From an uncultured Gammaproteobacteria bacterium (GTDB lineage Bacteria; Patescibacteriota; Microgenomatia; Levybacterales; UBA12049), in NCBI GenBank assembly GCA_964416445.1, contig CAYQEE010000010.1, positions 1,136 through 65,135 on the forward strand: a stretch of 64,000 nt of DNA, read 5' to 3'. Below are positions 58,862-64,000 of the stretch, piece by piece. The notes beneath the pieces were generated by a model. The model was not told where the DNA came from and did no database searches. It worked only from the letters and a program-made list of their open reading frames with translations. Position numbers and translations under genes: made by a program. Position 1 is the stretch's first letter. The number at the start of each line of letters is the position of its first letter.

Positions 58862-59686
58862 ATGGATGTATCAGCTATAGAACATTTACCACAAGAATAT
58901 ACAAAAAAAGACATTAGTACACAAAATGAGATATCTTTAGAAAAAGTAGAAAATAGATCGCCTGGTATCCGTGGATTTATCACTGAGATAACATCTAAAT
59001 ATTTCGACCCTACCACTGGAAAAAAGTCATTACCTAAAACAGATGAAGAAGTTGAGGAAATAGCGAGGATATACGGAATAGACGTAATCGGTATGGGTTC
59101 AGAGTCTGTCGTCTTTGCTAAACCTTCACGAACTGGCACATTAACAAAAACTGGTCATGAACAAGTGATTTCTCTGTTTTGGCAACCACACAATGAAAAC
59201 GAACTTAAGCAAATACAACTTGTAAGTGAAATTTTACATACTATTTATCCAGATGCATATCCGTTAATACAAAGCTTTATAGGTAAAGTTAAGTGGAATT
59301 TTACTGGCGTAGAGATACCGGTTACTGGAACAATTAGAGAAAGAGTTAGAACTTTACCTAATAACCAAATAGTTGGCAATATAGAAGATCAAATTTCAAT
59401 GGCTCATTCTGTCTGGGATGAATTTAATTTACCATTCAATTATCAGAATATGCTTGATATTGAAGAAGCTCACGGCAACGTAGGTATAAGGGAAACAAAA
59501 GAAGGAAAGTTCACAAATGTTTTTTTAGATACTATTCGTGGTGAAAAAAATTTTGAACTTCCTGATTTAGTAGGATTTGCAAACTACTTACGTGGTCAAG
59601 ATTCCAAACTTCCTCATACTCCTCTCCCTGAATCTGAAATTGGAAGGACAATAGAAAAAGTTTCTGATTTGATTAAATTAGTGTAA
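58862..59686 (+). CDS. Hypothetical protein (274 aa), weak kinase-like features
   Basis: Glycine-rich GMGSESVVF followed by K. HGNVGI...FLD motifs loosely reminiscent of a protein-kinase-like fold. Unconfirmed. Confidence 0.35.
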   Translation: MDVSAIEHLPQEYTKKDISTQNEISLEKVENRSPGIRGFITEITSKYFDPTTGKKSLPKTDEEVEEIARIYGIDVIGMGSESVVFAKPSRTGTLTKTGHEQVISLFWQPHNENELKQIQLVSEILHTIYPDAYPLIQSFIGKVKWNFTGVEIPVTGTIRERVRTLPNNQIVGNIEDQISMAHSVWDEFNLPFNYQNMLDIEEAHGNVGIRETKEGKFTNVFLDTIRGEKNFELPDLVGFANYLRGQDSKLPHTPLPESEIGRTIEKVSDLIKLV

Positions 59687-59712
59687 TTATTATTTCCTTT
59701 TATAGGTAGCTA

Positions 59713-59913
59713 CTAGGGAAAAAATCCAATAATAAAAAGTGTTCCAAGTATAAGTAGTACGTTAAATATGACAACATATTTCCAAACTTTATGGATACTA
59801 AGATGTGATTTTTTTTCAGCACGCCTAATTTTCATTACAATATAGAGGTATGCTAAAAGCATACATAATTCACAGAAGAAAAAAATAATTTTTATGTAAT
59901 ATGCGACGGTCAT
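59713..59913 (-). CDS. Tiny 2-TM membrane protein (module copy 2)
   Basis: 66 aa. TM, basic loop (MKIRRAEKKSHLSIHKVWKY), TM. 3 nt downstream of the bPH_2 gene stop. Confidence 0.45.
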   Translation of the reverse strand: MTVAYYIKIIFFFCELCMLLAYLYIVMKIRRAEKKSHLSIHKVWKYVVIFNVLLILGTLFIIGFFP

Positions 59914-59916
59914 ATA

Positions 59917-60489
59917 CTATTGTTTCACCATATTTGTTTCTATTTCTGCAAGTGCTTTTTCAATTTGTTCCGGATGATGTGGAGTTTTAAAACTGAATGG
60001 TTCGGGAATATCTTCTGTATGAATTGTTACGTAAATATCTTCTATATCAAGAAAATCATAAATAATATTTAATGTAATCCGTTTTGTTTCCAGTTCAACA
60101 CGGTTTTGTAATAGAAGTTCCTGATAGTATGTTCCAACAACTTTAAAATATTGTCTTATGATAAGGCGTTTATTTGTAACTATATAAAAAGTGAAATACC
60201 ACTTCATACTCGTATATGTTCCAACGATTGCTAATAGAGAGAGAAAAAGAAGTGACATATAGACAAAAACCTCCCAAAAATTTGGTAGCAATTTGAAGAT
60301 AAAGAGAAAGGTAAGAGTTATAAAAACAAACGCAATAAGCAACGTATGTGTGATAAAAAGCATTGCTAAAGCAATAGGATGTTGTCTCTGAACATTCAGC
60401 ACCTGTTCTTCAGGTAAAAGATCTATTGCTAATCTGCTATGTTCATACACAACTTGTTTGTTTTCCATATAAATCCATAGTTTCCACAA
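59917..60489 (-). CDS. bPH_2 (YdbS/YdbT-like) membrane protein (module copy 2)
   Basis: Two TM helices plus the WYFTFYIVTNKRLIIRQ core. 190 aa. Confidence 0.6.
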   Translation of the reverse strand: MWKLWIYMENKQVVYEHSRLAIDLLPEEQVLNVQRQHPIALAMLFITHTLLIAFVFITLTFLFIFKLLPNFWEVFVYMSLLFLSLLAIVGTYTSMKWYFTFYIVTNKRLIIRQYFKVVGTYYQELLLQNRVELETKRITLNIIYDFLDIEDIYVTIHTEDIPEPFSFKTPHHPEQIEKALAEIETNMVKQ

Positions 60490-60729
60490 TATTTTTATCT
60501 GAATGATAGTGAATATATTTTCCTTTTTGATAAAGTACCAGTTCCTAAAGTATTATAGTTGCAAAAATATAAAACAATAAATACCGTCTTAAGAAAATTT
60601 GCTCTGCCAAAGATGGGAAACGTATTATTTGTGATCTTGTTAAAATGTTGCATTATATACCCTCCTTGTTCTCACCTGCTATACTACTCTTGTTATAGCA
60701 AGAAGACAGTGATGACTGACACACATATT

Positions 60730-61377
60730 ATGGATATACAGGTAAACGAAAAAGTAACAAATTTCTTTACAAAATATAAAAAACAACAATTTAAAAAAGG
60801 CGAAATACTTATTCGTGCCGATGAAGATCCTCAAGGGATTTTTTATCTTGCAGATGGTATTGTCAGAAGCTACTATATTTCAAAAAAAGGTGACGAAATA
60901 ACCCTTAATATGTTTAAACCTCATACGTTTTTTCCAATGTCATGGGTTGTAAGTGACATTCACAATCAGCGTTATTTTGAAGCAATGACTGCATGCATTA
61001 CTTATAAAGTACCAAAGGAAAAAGTGTTAGCATTTATTAAAAAAGAACCAGATGTCGTTTTGGATTTGCTGAGACGTGTCTATATAGGTATTGAAGGTTT
61101 ATGGATGCATATTGAATACTTATCAAGCGGTAATGCGCTTGAAAAGTTAATTTCGACACTTCTCATTCTTGGGAAAAGGTTTGGAAGAGAAGAAGGTGGA
61201 AGAACGACAATTCAATTGAAATTAACAGAAAAAGAATTAGGAGAATACTCAGGCATGTATAGAGAAACGGTAAGCCGCGAAATGCAACTATTAAAAGAAA
61301 AAGGACTAGTGGTATTTAGTAAAGGAACTATCACTATTCCTGATCTTAAAAAATTGGAGAATGCTCTGCCATTATAA
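60730..61377 (+). CDS. Crp/Fnr-family transcriptional regulator (module copy 2)
   Basis: GIFYLADGIVRSYYISKKGDEITL beta-roll and C-terminal HTH (LGEYSGMYRETVSREMQLLKEKG). Start set at the ATG at 60730 by alignment with the copy-1 N-terminus. The ORF-track start at 60559 is probably an over-extension. Confidence 0.65.
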   Translation: MDIQVNEKVTNFFTKYKKQQFKKGEILIRADEDPQGIFYLADGIVRSYYISKKGDEITLNMFKPHTFFPMSWVVSDIHNQRYFEAMTACITYKVPKEKVLAFIKKEPDVVLDLLRRVYIGIEGLWMHIEYLSSGNALEKLISTLLILGKRFGREEGGRTTIQLKLTEKELGEYSGMYRETVSREMQLLKEKGLVVFSKGTITIPDLKKLENALPL

Positions 61378-61770
61378 CCAGGAAGCACCAAATTGTTCTC
61401 CGACCATAACTTTTGTAATTAATTCTTTTGTAGGTGTGATTGGATATTGTTTTTCTTGTTTTTTTGTACTTACAGGTAAACCCTCAGGTAATAAATACCC
61501 TTGCCATTTCCCTTCTCCGACAAATAATTCCAAATGTATCTCTGGTGTAAGTTTTTCTTCATAATGCACATGATAAAGTCGGTAACTTCCTTCGGCTAAC
61601 GTATTTTCTTCTTGTATTTTCCCATAAAACCTCTCAATAATTTCACCTGCATTACCTACGTTAAACCAAGCAAAAGTATCTTTGTTATTAAGGATGAGTA
61701 TTCTTTTTTTTTCGGTTGTTTCTATCAGCCGGTACTGACCTCGGTTAATAATACTAATCATATTTTTCAT
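61372..61770 (-). CDS. Hypothetical protein (132 aa)
   Basis: ORF convergent with the Crp copy-2 gene. No motif recognised. Confidence 0.35.
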   Translation of the reverse strand: MKNMISIINRGQYRLIETTEKKRILILNNKDTFAWFNVGNAGEIIERFYGKIQEENTLAEGSYRLYHVHYEEKLTPEIHLELFVGEGKWQGYLLPEGLPVSTKKQEKQYPITPTKELITKVMVGEQFGASWL

Positions 61771-62003
61771 ATTCTCATATTTTGTTAATTTTTTATGTGA
61801 CGATAAACACTTTTCTATTGTGATTATAGCTACGGAAATTTATGTTGATCATTTTTATTATTTATGATATAGCGCATTGTATATGAAACAACATATTACT
61901 TTTATCAATGAATTAATTAAATATACATTCCTTGATATTTATGGTATCTATCATGCATAGAAAGTAGGAGTAACTGTACGGGTGATATAGAAAAGAGTAT
62001 CGT

Positions 62004-62753
62004 ATGAGGCTAAAAAATAAAGTAGCAATCATCACAGGAGGAGGAACGGGCATTGGACGGGGTATTGCATTAGAATTTGCTAAACAAGGAGCATGTGTCG
62101 CTATTTGCGGTAGACATAAAGAACAACTAGATGATGTTGCTCATGAGATTACCTTAAATGGAGGAAGTAGTATAGGCTACGTTGCAGATGTCTCATCTGA
62201 AGAACAAATTAAAGATATGGTAGATAGTGTTATTTCCCACTTCGGAACCGTTGATATTTTGATAAATAATGCTGGGATTTATCTTCCTCATGAAGTTTTA
62301 TATACCTCAGAAAATGAATGGGATGCCACTTTTTGTATAGACATAAAAGGCATATTTTTAACTTCAAAAAAAATTCTTTCTGAAATGATAAAACACGAGT
62401 ATGGAAAAATAGTTAACATTGCATCTATTGCAGGTGTTGTTGGATTTGAAAAATCTGCTGCATATTGTGCTGCAAAAGGAGCTGTTATGAGTCTAACTCG
62501 TCAAATGGCACTCGATTATGCAAGAGAGAAAATCACTATAAATGCAATAGCTCCCGGAGTTATCTTTACAAATATGACTAAAGATTCTTTATCTTCCAAA
62601 GAAGCAACAGACGCAATACTACGAAAAATTCCAATAGGTCGAATTGGAACATCTCAAGATATTGCTAATGCAGCACTTTTCCTCGCATCTAATGAATCAA
62701 GTTACATAACAGGACAAACGCTTGTTGTTGATGGCGGTTGGACAATCCAGTAA
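62004..62753 (+). CDS. Short-chain dehydrogenase/reductase (FabG-like SDR)
   Basis: TGGGTGIGRG cofactor motif. NNAG. Catalytic Y-x3-K (YCAAKGAV). 249 aa. Confidence 0.8.
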   Translation: MRLKNKVAIITGGGTGIGRGIALEFAKQGACVAICGRHKEQLDDVAHEITLNGGSSIGYVADVSSEEQIKDMVDSVISHFGTVDILINNAGIYLPHEVLYTSENEWDATFCIDIKGIFLTSKKILSEMIKHEYGKIVNIASIAGVVGFEKSAAYCAAKGAVMSLTRQMALDYAREKITINAIAPGVIFTNMTKDSLSSKEATDAILRKIPIGRIGTSQDIANAALFLASNESSYITGQTLVVDGGWTIQ

Positions 62754-62870
62754 CCATTTGTATAAAACATAGGATATTACCATTTAGCTACGCAATATTT
62801 TACAATTTGGATCAATAATGATTGGTATGTTACCAATCATTTATTAATAAATAATGCAATGAACACAAAA

Positions 62871-62900
62871 ATCTCCAAGCAATTGGAGATTTTTGTTGTA
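62871..62900. terminator. Bidirectional intrinsic terminator
   Basis: Perfect 8-bp hairpin ATCTCCAA-GCAA-TTGGAGAT (GNRA loop). Flanked by TTTTTGTTG on the plus side and TTTTGTGTT on the minus side. Confidence 0.6.
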
Positions 62901-62902
62901 TG

Positions 62903-62990
62903 AGTCGCCAGGGATTTGAACCCTGATCTGTCTTCTTTCATTGCTGGAAGGAGGTAGTTCTTGCGCTTGAACTAGCGACCCGCATATGTG
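62903..62990 (-). ncRNA. tRNA-like element (88 nt) lacking a canonical anticodon arm. Possible degenerate tRNA or novel tRNA-like RNA.
   Basis: Minus-strand RNA GGGUCGC-UA-GUUC(AAGCGCAA)GAAC-...-CAGGG-UUCAAAU-CCCUG-GCGACUC-A. Perfect 7-bp acceptor (one G-U), 4-bp D-stem, canonical T-arm with a UUCAAAU loop. The 30-nt central region cannot form a 5-bp/7-nt anticodon stem-loop. Followed by a terminator. Confidence 0.4.
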
Positions 62991-63059
62991 CGCTCGGGGA
63001 GCCTTCCACTTCTGTCTTATTATCTTTAGAACTTTCATCCTATTTGCTTAAAGATAACA

Positions 63060-63086
63060 CGCTCTATCAAGTGAGCTACGGGCGCG
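63060..63086 (-). pseudogene. Orphan tRNA 5'-half fragment (acceptor strand + D-arm)
   Basis: Minus-strand GCGCCCG-UA-GCUC-ACUUGAUA-GAGC-G is a textbook tRNA 5' segment. No matching 3' acceptor strand is found downstream. Confidence 0.35.
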
Positions 63087-63357
63087 TGTCTATTTGAAAG
63101 TGTTTTAAAGAACAAGATAAATATAACTATATAAAAGAGTTTTTGCAGTGATGCCGATCACGAAATATGTGGGACAGCTTTTGTTAAGAAGTTAGAATGG
63201 ATTCATATAAGATTTAATTCTTAAATTACAGTTGTCTTAAAATTTTTACTACTTCCCTACTCTTTCATTCTAGTCTGTGTATAATGCTACGAAGAGATCT
63301 TGAAGAGTGATTCCTATCACTGCGGAATTCCTTTACTTATGATACAGGTAAATTAAT

Positions 63358-63861
63358 ATGGGAAATGTCTGGGGTATACTTTTCGGATTAGTTTTTGTCT
63401 CTCTAGGTGTTGGGCTTATCTTTGGAATTAACCTGTGGCGATATTTTTGGCCGATTCTCCTTATTCTTATCGGATTTAGCATTCTCTATAATCAATCATC
63501 CAATAGAGTCTCTAAGCAAGTAACTCACGAAAGTGCTCTTGACTATTCTGCCGTATTTGGAGGAGAAAATAAGAAAGTTATTACCGATGATTATCAAGGA
63601 GGAAAAGTCACATCAGTATTTAGTCGGGTAACTCTTGATCTGAGAGATGCAAAAATACCTAAAAACTCGACGGTAGTGCTTGAGGTAAGTGCAGTATTTG
63701 GAAGCGCGAAAATAATTGTACCTAAGACATGGTTAGTACAAGGATCACTTGCTGGCGTATTTGGAGGATATAATAACGCTACTACTGTTCCGGAGAAACC
63801 AGATGGAACACTCATTTTGAAAGGCGTAGCGGTTTTCGGAAGCGGTGAAGTTATCAATTAG
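63358..63861 (+). CDS. LiaF-like (DUF2154/DUF4097-type) membrane protein
   Basis: Two N-terminal TM helices, then a beta-rich C-domain with reiterated (S/A)VFG(G/S) motifs (SAVFGGENK, SAVFGSAKIIVPK, AGVFGGYNN, VAVFGSGEV). TGn-extended -10 TGTGTATAAT at 63276-63285 upstream. Confidence 0.45.
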   Translation: MGNVWGILFGLVFVSLGVGLIFGINLWRYFWPILLILIGFSILYNQSSNRVSKQVTHESALDYSAVFGGENKKVITDDYQGGKVTSVFSRVTLDLRDAKIPKNSTVVLEVSAVFGSAKIIVPKTWLVQGSLAGVFGGYNNATTVPEKPDGTLILKGVAVFGSGEVIN

Positions 63862-64000
63862 TAATTTCTCAAAAAGAGAAATTTAATGCACAGTATTATG
63901 AAGAATGATAACTCTATTATTTTACTAAGAATCATTCACGGACTGTTTGCAGGCTATTTTATCATTTGTGTTTTATATATTGACTATTCAGCATTAATTT

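Noticed and set aside
62844-63038. 64-aa ORF on the minus strand
   Set aside because: Overlaps the tRNA-like structured RNA and the bidirectional terminator.
62903-63086. tmRNA, SRP RNA or group-I-intron-containing tRNA as explanations for the structured region
   Set aside because: Too short for tmRNA (about 185 nt versus about 350) and lacks the resume-codon region. The GGAAGG-like motif does not sit in a helix-8 context. The insert is far too short for a group I intron, and the acceptor strands of the two tRNA-like pieces do not pair.
1-64000. CRISPR arrays, transposases, integrases
   Set aside because: No regularly spaced direct repeats and no recognisable IS, transposase or integrase ORFs were seen on reading either strand.

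Overview
This window reads as low-GC, gene-dense bacterial chromosome with a reduced-genome (CPR-like) character. Genes are tightly packed and often overlap by 1-11 nt, UGA is used as a stop codon, and trigger factor, PheT and ThrS are all shortened. No outer-membrane secretin is present. The contents, from start to end: (1) 0.1-11.5 kb, a complete type IV pilus locus: pilB, pilT, pilC, seven prepilin-type pilin or pseudopilin genes, the prepilin peptidase pilD, and pilM/N/O, with no pilQ or pilP. (2) 11.8-14.3 kb, a minus-strand housekeeping block: rpmF, nusB-like, rnc, rpsP, a KH protein and trmD. (3) 14.3-22.2 kb, signalling and accessory genes. These are a stand-alone REC gene convergent with a GAF histidine kinase that sits in a putative operon with two unknown genes (one membrane, one small). 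They also include S-adenosylmethionine decarboxylase with a multi-pass membrane protein, an OmpR/histidine-kinase pair, and a PPC/DUF296 protein. (4) 22.2-24.1 kb, a compositionally atypical 547-aa hypothetical protein with an internal duplication, next to a ~150-nt polypurine tract. (5) 24.4-29.3 kb: recG, purH and tyrS. (6) 29.4-31.8 kb, a secreted beta-helix protein with a Pro/Thr linker and a C-terminal dockerin-like module. (7) 31.8-39.9 kb, a single 10-gene minus-strand operon for the whole shikimate-to-Phe/Tyr pathway (aroG-aroB-aroQ-aroA-aroK-aroE-aroC-tyrA-pheA-chorismate mutase). It is preceded by a classical attenuator: a promoter, a 24-aa leader peptide containing a W-F-Y-F-Y-F codon run, mutually exclusive hairpins and an intrinsic terminator. 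(8) 40.2-48.5 kb: PBP1A and the thrS-infC-rpmI-rplT-pheS-pheT cluster. (9) 48.6-63.9 kb, a tRNA-rich accessory stretch. It carries tRNA-Val(GAC), tRNA-Leu(UAG), tRNA-Leu(CAG) and a degenerate tRNA-like element. It also carries an HD hydrolase, two alpha/beta hydrolases, a GT1 glycosyltransferase, an M20 peptidase, a truncated trigger factor, two tandem glucosaminidase-like paralogs, a GNAT, an SDR and a LiaF-like protein. Most notable in this stretch is a three-gene module present twice, 6 kb apart. Each copy is a Crp/Fnr-type regulator transcribed divergently from a bPH_2 (YdbS/YdbT-like) membrane protein and a tiny 2-TM protein. I regard this duplicated module as the best candidate for an undescribed functional system. 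The aromatic-codon attenuator on the aro operon is a second strong lead. No CRISPR array or obvious transposase was found.
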